In this document: piece by piece, positions 49,516 through 60,000 of the stretch
Layout of the letters: each line of letters begins with the position of its first letter
Numbering within the stretch: the first letter of the stretch is position 1
Origin: Amphiscolops sp. MND2022
Taxonomy: Eukaryota
DNA length: 64,000 nt
Assembly (NCBI GenBank): GCA_964187785.1
Contig: OZ076409.1
Location: forward strand, 44,828,001 to 44,892,000
Direction: 5' to 3'
Made by a program: the position numbers and the translations under genes
The notes under the pieces: generated by a model
Told to the model about the DNA's origin: nothing
The model's input: the letters and a program-made list of their open reading frames with translations, nothing else
Databases searched by the model: none

Positions 49516-52039
49516 TTTCTGTATAAATTTTTTTATACTTTCCGTATAAATAAAATCGGAATTTTTCGAGTCCCCACACTACTGCTAGTAATTCTAATTC
49601 ACCGATAGAATATTTCTTTTCGGTATCATTCAAGTATCTGCTTCCGAATGCTATCGGTTTCGTGTTTCCGTCATCTTGTTTCTGCCATAGTGTTATCCCC
49701 AGTCCGGTGGTGCTGGCATCCGTTGTTACTATATTATCTTTGTCTTTTGCGTAGTGTGCCAAACATGGGCCTTCGGTTAGCATTTGTTTTATTTTTTCGA
49801 AATCTTTTTGTTGTTCATCTCCCCATATCCATGGCTCATTCTTTTTCAGTAGTTTTCGTAATCGGTCGGTTTGTTCCGAAAGTTTTGGTAAGAATTTTGC
49901 CATGTATTGTATCGCCCCGAGAAATGATTTCAGTTCTTTTGTGTTCTCCGGTGATTTTAATTTCTGTATGGCTTCTATTTTTTCTTCGTTCGGTTTAATT
50001 CCGTTTTCGTCAATTTCGTGTCCCAGCCACTTTATTCGGTTCATGAAGAATTCTGATTTCTTTTTGCTTGCTCGGTAGCCGGCTTTTTCCAGTTTAGTCA
50101 ATACGTCAAATAGTTTCTTCTCGTGGTCTTGTTTGTTTCCCCGTGTTACTACGATTATATCGTCCAGCCACGCCGGTGTGCAATATTCGAGTGTTCGGTC
50201 GATCTTTTCTTGGAATATCGTGGGTATGTCGGCAAGTCCGTAAAACCCTTTTTTGAATCGGTAATACCCGCTGAATTTTCCTCCGGTTAAGGCAAATACA
50301 CATTGTCGGCTTGTTTCTTCGGATAGTTTCATTTGTCCGTACGCATAGTCTAGATCAATTTTTGATATAAATAAGTGTAGTGTTCGGTCACGTGAAATTT
50401 CTACCGAAATCTGGTTTAGTAGTTCCTCCATATTCGGCATATGAGGTCTCATTTTTATGCATCTATCGTTCAGTTTTCTTGAGTCTAGTGCTATCTTCAC
50501 TGATTTGTCACTTTTTACGGTTATGACTACCGGAGATACCAAGCAATCTTCGTCTACGTCCTTTATCTTTTCTAGGTGTCCGGATTTTATTAGTTTTTCT
50601 AATTCACGTCCGACATCTTCCTGGAGATGTAGTGGTATCGGTCTTGCTTTTTGTTTTACCGGATAGTGTCCTGGTTTTAATTGGATATTTATTTCGGTGT
50701 CTTTTATAGTTTCATTGTTTTCAAATAGGTCCGGAAATTTGTTGAATATTTTCTCGCGTTCTGATTGGTTGTTGTCGGCCAATTGTATTTTGCTGATCGT
50801 TAGTTTGAATTTCTTCATCCAATCCATTCCGAGTAATGGTGTTATGTCTGTTCTTTCGGTTATCAAAATCTCCATTTTCTGTTTGTTGTTTTCGTATTCA
50901 ACATTTACCGGAATTTTTCCCCGGAACTTTACTTCGTTTTTATTCACGTCTTGGTATCTGTTTGTTATTTTCTGTATTTCGGTTGATTTTGTAATTCTTT
51001 CGACCGGTGGCATTAATGATATTGGTGATCCGGTGTCTATTATAAATTCTTTTGTTATTCCATTGATTTTGAGCGTTGTGGTGAAGTGTTTATTTGTTTC
51101 GTCGATTTTCTTTATCTCTTTTATGTGGTGAATGCTCTCTTCGGATTCACTTGATAATCTGTCTGATTCGTTCGGTTCGTCTTCGGTTAGTCTTTTCACA
51201 GTTCGGTTGCTGTTTGTCTTCTGTCTGCATGCTTTCGCATAATATCCTTTCTTGCCGCATTTGTTACAGTTAACGTCTAGTGCGGGACATTTGTGCATCG
51301 GTGTCCAGTTTGGTGCGCTGCAGAATCTGCATGTTCGGTTTCCGAAATTTTTATTTTTCGGTCGCACACCGAATCGTTCCATTCTTTGTATCGGTTCTTC
51401 CTTTATTATTTGTTTTTCTTTTGTTGATATCAAAGCTTCCGGTATTGTGTTCTTTTTATTTTTCTTCTCGTATGTGTTTTGTTTGATCAGTTCGATTACT
51501 TTCTTCAGTTCCAATGTTTTCTCTTTCATTATTTTATCCCGTATTTTTTTATCGGTGATTGCTGTCATGTATTTTGATATCAACAATTCTTCTGCCGAGA
51601 TGGTATTGAAGTTACATTCTTTTTCAATTTCGATCAGTCGTCTCCAGAATTCCTCGGGTGTTTCCTCTTCTGTCTGTTTTGCCCAGAAGAAGTCTCCGCG
51701 GTTATGGTACGTATTTCTTTTCGGCATGTAAAATTCGGTGAACAACCGGATTAAGTCTTTCACTTTTATACTGTCGGGTTCCGTTTTATATTCGGCCCTA
51801 GTTATTTGGTAGAGTGCTTCCGGTCCCACTCCCCACAGGAAATCTTCTTGGATTGGTTGTTCTTTTCCGGTCCACCCGGTGTCTGTTATATCTTCTCCTT
51901 TCAGTAGCGGTGCGATGTCTATTTTGTGTTCCCGTTTGCAAAACTGCCGGAACCTCTCTAGCCATTGTCTCGGTGTAAATACCGGATTCCCGTCTGTGGC
52001 TTTCGCTTCGAGGTTCGGGACTATGTTCTTCTCCGCCAT
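49445..52039 (-). CDS. Gypsy Gag-protease-RT-RNase H polyprotein, frameshifted near the end of RNase H
   Basis: Double Cys/His knuckle CRFC..HKCPALDVNCNKCGKKGYYAKAC, protease IDTGS, RT KIDLDYAYGQ..WLDD, and RNase H TDAS..ELELLAVVWG. Confidence 0.92.
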   Translation of the reverse strand: MAEKNIVPNLEAKATDGNPVFTPRQWLERFRQFCKREHKIDIAPLLKGEDITDTGWTGKEQPIQEDFLWGVGPEALYQITRAEYKTEPDSIKVKDLIRLFTEFYMPKRNTYHNRGDFFWAKQTEEETPEEFWRRLIEIEKECNFNTISAEELLISKYMTAITDKKIRDKIMKEKTLELKKVIELIKQNTYEKKNKKNTIPEALISTKEKQIIKEEPIQRMERFGVRPKNKNFGNRTCRFCSAPNWTPMHKCPALDVNCNKCGKKGYYAKACRQKTNSNRTVKRLTEDEPNESDRLSSESEESIHHIKEIKKIDETNKHFTTTLKINGITKEFIIDTGSPISLMPPVERITKSTEIQKITNRYQDVNKNEVKFRGKIPVNVEYENNKQKMEILITERTDITPLLGMDWMKKFKLTISKIQLADNNQSEREKIFNKFPDLFENNETIKDTEINIQLKPGHYPVKQKARPIPLHLQEDVGRELEKLIKSGHLEKIKDVDEDCLVSPVVITVKSDKSVKIALDSRKLNDRCIKMRPHMPNMEELLNQISVEISRDRTLHLFISKIDLDYAYGQMKLSEETSRQCVFALTGGKFSGYYRFKKGFYGLADIPTIFQEKIDRTLEYCTPAWLDDIIVVTRGNKQDHEKKLFDVLTKLEKAGYRASKKKSEFFMNRIKWLGHEIDENGIKPNEEKIEAIQKLKSPENTKELKSFLGAIQYMAKFLPKLSEQTDRLRKLLKKNEPWIWGDEQQKDFEKIKQMLTEGPCLAHYAKDKDNIVTTDASTTGLGITLWQKQDDGNTKPIAFGSRYLNDTEKKYSIGELELLAVVWGLEKFRFYLYGKYKKIYTESVPLYRSSSTRTINQEKPEQQTI

Positions 52040-52080
52040 TCTGTGTTAAGAAGTTTTTTGTTCAATTGTTTTAAAAATTG

Positions 52081-52093
52081 GCTGACTGCGCCA
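52081..52093 (-). promoter_or_regulatory. Primer-binding site, probably for tRNA-Ser
   Basis: TGGCGCAGTCAGC is complementary to a tRNA 3' end GCUGACUGCGCCA, as in invertebrate tRNA-Ser with a GCAGUCA acceptor stem (from recall). Confidence 0.75.
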
Positions 52094-52327
52094 TGTTATA
52101 TTCTGGTAATCTAAGTTTAAGAGAAAAGAATATTGTAAAATAAAGATCTCTAGTTCAAATCTATATCTCAGCTTTTCAATTCGTATCAATGTATCTAATG
52201 TAATTTAACGTTAGATTGAGTTCGTTTGTAAACAACTCCAGCTGGTATGTAGACACTAGACAGTTTTCATGTAAGTGAACCGAATCTCGGTAGAGGTCGT
52301 AGGAACCGGATTGAACCGTATATAACA
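52094..52327 (-). repeat. 5' LTR of the Gypsy element
   Basis: Identical to 46443-46676 and followed on the minus strand by the primer-binding site. Confidence 0.97.
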
Positions 52328-52489
52328 ATGGGAAAGTGCGGGTTTTTTTCCGCGCGACAACTCTCTAGTTTCAGACCGCAAGTCGCATAGTCTGAATTTG
52401 TGGCCGTGCAAGTCGCAACTTCTACTGGCACTTGGCATAGAGATTTTTTTGAGGTCTGCTAAGCAGAAGGACGTGGGTTCGAGTCTCGC

Positions 52490-53005
52490 CCTTGACCAAA
52501 ATTTTTGTGCATGTTATTTCGGCTTTGTGTTTTTTTTCGCAATTTTTTTCATGTCACCAAAGATTCCTCCCTTCATTTTTTTGGTATTTTGCGACAGAAC
52601 GTATGTTTAAAAAAATCTCAAAGTGCCCCCCTTGTACCGTTTTCGGCATTGTGAGATTTTTTAAATCGAATAATTTTTGTCTTAAAATTAGGTTTTCTCA
52701 GGCCCAGCACGCTATATCCGATTTTTTTTTTTTTTTTAGAGACCGGTGTTTTTTCTATGCGACTTTTTTTTCTAATTAGTTTTCATCGAAGCCCCAATTT
52801 TTACTAGAAACGAAACGTATTGCGAGCATAAAGCAGTGCTCAAGGTTTTCGGCACTATGCGACTTGCCGGAGACCTTCATCAAAAAAGTTTGCGAAAAAT
52901 TCCGAAATTTTTTTCCTCATTTTTCTGTTTTTTTTTTAAAGGTTTACGGTTGAGAAAGATGGGTTTTCTGTTGTTTCCACTTGGAGAAGAATTGTTTTCG
53001 AGCTT
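52490..53005 (-). mobile_element. Partial Helentron/DINE-like copy
   Basis: Shares ttttcggcactatg, ttttgcgacagaa and cccccttc cores with the other copies. Termini not seen. Confidence 0.55.
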
Positions 53006-54009
53006 CGCCTCTGTGATTTTAGTGGTAATTCTTCTTTAAAGTGTGAATTTCTTCAGTTTCCCTGTTCAACTCTGCTACGGGTTGTACAGATTTTGGACAC
53101 CTGTATCGGTTTTGATTACTTAATGTTAAACTTAGTTTTATTGCCAGTTCTAATTCCAGCTTCATATTTGAAGACAATTTATGTTTGAAAATTGTTTAAT
53201 TGGCATGTCAACTAAGAAAACCCCTCTTTGGGTCAAGAAAGCTTATGATTTCAGGCTGAGAGTTTTGTGGGTCATATAAGACTCCCTGCCAATCATAGCA
53301 AGATTCGAAAAAAACTTGCGTATGATTTGTATAGTATTATACTATAATCCGATGTAGAATTGTTTGACCTGTAACGTTTTGAACGTTCTTGAAATAGTTG
53401 TATGGTATCTATGAAGTACCTGGAAATTTTTTTTGAAATGTTGAATTGTTTCACTCCCGAAAAATCAGAAACAAGCCAACGATAGAGCCCCAGTCGACTG
53501 CCTAATATAAATGAAGTCGCCAAGCGAGCTACCAAACTTGACTAATGAGAGAGTTCCTCTGAGGGAAACTAATACTACTATGTCCGAATTTTGATTTTCT
53601 GGATTTTGAAAGAGAAAATGAGCGAGAATAAAGAAGTGAAATAATTCCAGTCAATTACCGATAATTAAATAGATGCTCGGAAAATTCAGCTTTGCACACT
53701 TGCTGAAACCTACTTGATATTTCATCAATTTTTATCTAGTATCAGTACAAAATCACCAATTTTTAATTCAATGGATCTTTTTTTAAACATTTACGTGGAA
53801 CATTTGGAAAAAAAATTGCGTACTGAGTTTACTCAGAGCGCTAATTTGAACTCGAAATCTTTGGTTGAATATCTCCACGCTATTTAATTTAGTTATTCCG
53901 CAGGAATTTTGCTACATTGGTCTGCAAAAAAGCCCGACTCTGACAGCAGTGATACGCTTTTGTCAGACCGGAGACATCGCTGCAAAAGGCCATTCTTGAT
54001 CAAACTTTG

Positions 54010-57000
54010 GTTTGTAATGGCTAAAAACGTGGTTCAGAAGCAGAATATGGGGCTTCGAGGCTCGATCAAGGCTTTCTTTACAAGACACCCGCTTACCAGC
54101 AGGATATATTCCGTCCAAACTGTTTTATCAGTGATTTTATGATTACTAATTTTTGAGGCTCAAGAATAGCATTGCACTAACAAAACGCAAGGACGTTTGA
54201 AAAAAATTAACTTTTTGATTAATATCATCCCATTTCAGGAAACTTTTCAAGAACATACCGAATACCAATTTGTTTTTTGTCGACCTGGGTGGATACCAAA
54301 AGCTAAACAATCAATTTTTAGAATAATGCAGGAAAAGTCACTAAAAACGTCAAAATTTGGAAAAGTTTGACTTCTCGACAACAGTGCTGTCCTTTGAGGC
54401 ACTTTTCTAAGAAACTGCGTATTTATTTTCAAAAACGCCTACTGGATTCCGGGTTCAGTCGCTGTTGAATTACGAAATTGCTCGGAAGGTTTACAAAAAG
54501 GTATGAAAACATTTCAAAGAAAGAAAACATCGAAAATTTCATATTTTTAGGTATATTCTGACGAACTTTTTACATACAAAACTGTAATTTCTTCAAACAT
54601 TGTGCACGACTATTTAATAGGTTTATAGTTTTCGAAGATTATATAACAATGGTAACGTTTATCAAAAATTCACTTGATTGTCAAACAACTGCCAAAACTT
54701 TTTCTATTTTAGGGTCACGTTGAGGCTCGTTTCTGACGTGACACTTCAGTTGACCTTCAAAAAGCCTACTGGATGATGCACATGTTCGATCCCGAACAAT
54801 TTCACCCTTCCAACGATGGCAACTACTCAAAACATTCAGAACTTTGCACAAGAAACTTTGAATTTTGACTTTTCTTATTTCCGACTTATCATGCTCATTT
54901 CTGAAGCGTTTTTGAAGCAAAAAAAAGTGCAACTTCAAAAAAGTGCACCGTGTAGCTAGATTGTTCGTGTTTGAGTGTTTTGAACTTCCTTAGCCACAAA
55001 AATTTTCAAAAATTGTACACAAACTGCAGGAAAAACGACAAAATTGAAAAATTTGGGTTGTGATATTTTGAGGTGAAATTTAAGCGTATTTCCTATGATC
55101 AATTGCAATTATTCTTCCAAAACAATATAAAAGAAAAAATTGAAATGTTCGTTCATATTTTAAAGTTCTAAATTACGAAACCTCTCAAAATTTGAAAAAA
55201 AATGATTTGAAAAAATCAAAAAAATTGAAATCTTTTGAATTTTTGATTACTCAGAGTTCAGTTTTAAACTATTTTTCGAACGTGAAATTGCTATTGATTT
55301 TCACAAAGTCTATTATAGTTTGCGTTTTTTTACTGTTGAATGTGTTTCTTATTTTACATACGATTTTCAATTTTTTTCAAAAAAGTTGGAATTTCTTTGG
55401 GTCATTCTGAGAAAATGTTTACCTGAACGATTGCAAAGTTTTTATTCACAAAGCGTACTGTATTGCTTGGTGAATTGTGTGGAGTTGTAGAACCACCAAA
55501 AGTTTCACAAACAATGTTTAAATTTGTCAAAAATAAAAAAAATTGATACTTTATACTTTACTCGATTCATTTTGAGACATTTTGATAGACAAATCAGCAA
55601 ATACCTCAGCCGAAAGCCTCCTGGATATCAATTCCATTTGTTGTTGAACCATTCTTTTTTAACCCTCGAAATGTTTAGAAAAATTCATAGATTTTGCACA
55701 TGACGTTCAAATTTTCTACTTTTCGACTCATTGTCGTTTTGAAAGGTTTCGATGATGTAAAACACGGTTTTTCTCATGAAAAAGAACACTGCTTTCCTAA
55801 TTTTTTCGTCTTGGATTGTTTTGAACCTTCTAACTGACAAAAACCATAAAAACTGAGAATAAAGAAAATGAAAAAAGCTACATAAACTGGAAGTTTATGA
55901 ACTTTTTGAGAATTTTAGTGTTACATTCAAGCACATTTGAATAAAAAACTGCATTTAGTTCTTCAAAACGTCTTCTGGACAGCGAAATTAGTTGTTGTTG
56001 AACTGTTTTAGAGTTTTAATCCATAAAAACTTTGGAAATTTTACAGGAAATGAGTTCGAAAATTGCGAAATAAAGAATTTTTTGACACTTGTGTCATTGT
56101 GGTAATTTTCTTACAAAATTGCTCCAGTTTTCCTGAACAACACTATTACAGAACAAATTTATCCGTTGTTGAACGTATTCAACTTTTTGATTCATCAAAA
56201 CTCTCGAAAATTCGACAAAAGTTTGAAAAAGGTGAAAAATCGATAAATTTAGGAACTTTAGTTGTTTTCGGTCAGAATTTGAGCTTTTTTTCATTTAAAA
56301 AAATGCCTTTGTTTTCTCACAAACGCCTCTTAGACAACGTATTCTTTCCTTTTTGACCGTTTTCAACATTCCTAAGTACCAAATTTATCGAAAACGTGAC
56401 AAAAACGGCATGAAAACGTTGGAAGTCGGAAAAATGCTGTTTTGGCCGTTTTTCTGGTCATTTTGGGGGTGCGTCTATTGAATTCTATGGGTGAATCCCT
56501 TTCCTTTGGGTGTATATTTGGTAGTTACCAAATTTGGTGAAAAACTCGTTTGATATGAGTATTTTATTTTGCCATATGAAATATAGACGGGAATTAAAAA
56601 ACAGAATCATGACTGTACAACCGAATATGACGTTGTAAAATAGGATACAGATCATTTTCTGCTTCTATGTCTTATTCGGCAGAAAACAGCAAACAAAGTT
56701 TTGTATTACCCAGAAACGTGGTTCACAAGCAGAATGTGGGGCTTCGAGGCTCGCTCAAGGCTTTCTTTACAAGACGCCCGCTTGCCAGCAGGATTTTCCG
56801 TCCAAATTGTTTCATCAATGACTATATTTCGAGGCTCAGGAGTAGCCGTTGCAGAAAGTCTGATGAAAATGCAGAGAAGTTTGATGAATAAAAAATTGAC
56901 CCTTTTTGAATAAAATCAAACCATTTCAGAAGGAAACATTTCAAGAACACATTGAACACCAATTTGTTTTTTGTCGACCTGGGGGGATACGAAAAGCCAC

Positions 57001-60000
57001 AATCAATTTTTATGATATTGCAGGAAAAGTCACTAAAAACGTCAAAATTTGGAAACGTTCGACATCTGGACAAGATTGCGGTTCTTTGGAGGCACTTTTC
57101 CAAGAAGCTGCATATTCATTTTCAAAAACGCCTACTGGATTTCGGGTTCAGTTGGTTTTGAATTAGGAATCTGCTCGGAAGGTTTACCAAAAGGTATAAA
57201 AACATTTCGAAAAAAAGAAAATTTAGAAATTTTCAAAATTTTACCAAAAAATTTTACTACCTAGTAGGTCGTTCTAACGAACTTTTTACATTCAAAACTG
57301 TAGTTTTTTTTAAACATTCTGCTTGCCTATTTAATAGGTTTATAGTTTTCGAAGATTACATAGCAATGTTAACGTTCATCAAAAATTCATTTAAATGTCA
57401 AACAACTGCCAAAAATTTTTTCTCTTTTGGGGTCACGTTGAGGCTCCTTTCTAACGTGTTACTGCAATTGACCTTCAAAAAGCCAACTGTATAACGCACT
57501 TGTTCGCTCCCGAACAAATTCATTCTTCCAACGATGGCAACTACTCAAAACATCCAGAACTTTGCATAAGAAACTTTGAATTTTGACTTTTCTTATTTCC
57601 GACTTATCATGCTCATTTCTGAAGGGTTTTTGAAGCAAAAATATGCAACTTCAAAAAAGTGCACCGTGTAGCTAGATTGTTCGTGTTTGAGTGTTTTGAT
57701 CTTCCTTAGCCACAAAAATTTTCAAAAATTGTACACAAACTGCAGGAAAAACGACAAAATTGAAAAATTTGGGTTGTGATATTTTGAGGTGAAATTTAAG
57801 CATATTTCCTATGATCAATTGCATTTATTCTTCCAAAACAATATAAAAAAAATTGAAAAGTTAGTTCCATGTTTTAAAGTTCTAAATTACGAAACCTCTC
57901 AAAATTTGAAAAAAAATGATTTGAAAAAATCAAAAAAAATTGAAATCTTTTGAATTTTTGATTACTCAGAGTTCAATTTTAAACTCTTTTTCGAACGTGA
58001 AATTGCTGTTGCTTTTCACAAAGTCTATTATATTTTGCGTTTGTTTGCTGTTGAATGTTTTTCTTTACATTTTTACATTTCCAATTTTACATACGAAATT
58101 TAAAATTTTTCGAAAAAGTTGGAATTTCTTTGGGTCATTCTGAGATAATGTTTACCTAGACGATTGCAAAGTTTTTATTCACAAAGCGTACTGTATAGCT
58201 TGGTAAATTGTCTGGAGTTGTAGAACCATCGTATTCACCAAAAGTTTCACAAACCATGTTTAAATTTGTCAAAAGTAGAAAAATTTTGATACTTTATTCA
58301 TTACTCGATTCATTTTGAGACATTTTGATAGACAAATCAGCAAATACATCCGCCGAAAGCCACCTGGATATCATTTTCATTTGTTATTGAACCATTCTGT
58401 TTTTTGACCCTCGAAATGTTTAGAAAAATTCATAGATTTTGCACATGACGTTCATATATTTCAATTTTTCTACTTTTCGACTCACTGTCGTTTTGAAAGG
58501 TTTTGATGATGAAAAACACTGTTTTTCTCATGAAAAAGAACACTACTTTCCTAATTTTTTCACATTGGATTGTTTTGAACCTTCTAACTGACAAAATTCT
58601 TTAAAATTGAGCCTAAAGAAAATGAAAAAGCTATATAAACTGGAAGTTTTTGAACTTTTTGAGATTTTTGGTGTTACATTCAAGCACATTTGAATAAAAA
58701 ACTGTTTTGTCTCTTCAAAAAGGCTACTGGACAACGAGTTCAATTGTTGTTGAACTGATTTAGAGTTTAATCCATGGAAACGTTGGAATATTCACAGAAA
58801 ATGATTTCGAAAATTGCGAAATAAAGGATTTTTCGACATTTGTGTCATTGTGGTAATTTTCTTACAAAATTGCTCCATTTTTCCTGAACAACGCTATTAC
58901 ACAACAAATTTATCCGTTGTTGAACGTATTCAACTTTTTGATTCATGAAAACTCTCGAAAATTCGACAAAAGTTTGAAAAAGGTGAAAAATTGATAAATT
59001 TAGGAACTTTTGTCGTTTTCGGTCGGAATTTGAGCTTTTTTTCATTTAAAAAAATGCCTTTGTTTTCTCACAAATGCCTCTTAGACAACATATTCTTTCT
59101 TTTTTGACCGTTTTCAACATTCCTAAGTACCAAATTTATCGAAAACTTGACAAAAACGGCATGAAAACGTTGGAAGTTGGGAAAAAATGCTGTTTTGGCC
59201 ATTTTTGTGGTCATTCTGCGGGTGCGTCTATTGAATTCTATGGGTGAATCCCTTTCCTTTGGGTGTAAATTTGGTAGTTACCAAATTTGGTGAAAAACTC
59301 GTTTGATATGAGTATTTTATTTTGCCATATGAAATATAGACAGGAATTAAAAAACAGAATCATGACTGTACAACCGAATATGACGTGGTAAAATAAGATA
59401 CAGATCATTTTCTGCTTCTATGTCTTATTCGGCAGAAAACAGCAGAAAAAGTTTTGTATTAGCCAGAAACGTGGTTCACAAGAAGAATGTGGGGCTTCGA
59501 GGCTCGCTCAAGGCTTTCTTTACAAGACGCCCGCTTGCCAGCAGGGTTTTCCGTCCGAACTGTTTCATCAATGACTATATTTCGAGGCTCAGGAGTAGCC
59601 GTTGCAGAAAGTTTGATGAAAATGCAGAGAAGTTTGATGAATAAAAAATTGACACTTTTTGAATAAAATCAAACCATTTCAGAAGGAAACATTTCAAGAA
59701 CACATTGAACACCAATTTGTTTTTTGTCGACCTGAGGGGGGATACGAAAAGCTACAATCAATTTCTATGATATTGCAGGAAAAGTCACTAAAAACGTCAA
59801 AAATTGGAAACGTTTGACATCTGGACAAGATTGCGGTTCTTTGGGGCACTTTTCCAAGAAGCTGCATATTCATTTTCAAAAACGCCTACTGGATTTCGGG
59901 TTCAGTTGGTGTTGAATTAGGAATCTGCTCGGAAGGTTTACCAAAAGGTATAAAAACATTTCGAAAAAAAAGAAAATTTAGAATGTTTCAAAATTTTACC

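Larger units (their letters stand above)
46443..52327 (-). mobile_element. Full-length Ty3/Gypsy (Mag-like) LTR retrotransposon
   Basis: Two identical 234-bp TGT..ACA LTRs, ATGGG duplication (46438-46442 and 52328-52332), primer-binding site TGGCGCAGTCAGC, polypurine tract AATAGAGGGGGAAA, and gag-PR-RT-RH-IN order. Confidence 0.98.

Noticed and set aside
46938..51731. Many plus-strand ORFs over the Gypsy element
   Set aside because: Antisense shadows of the A-rich gag-pol frame, with no independent motifs.
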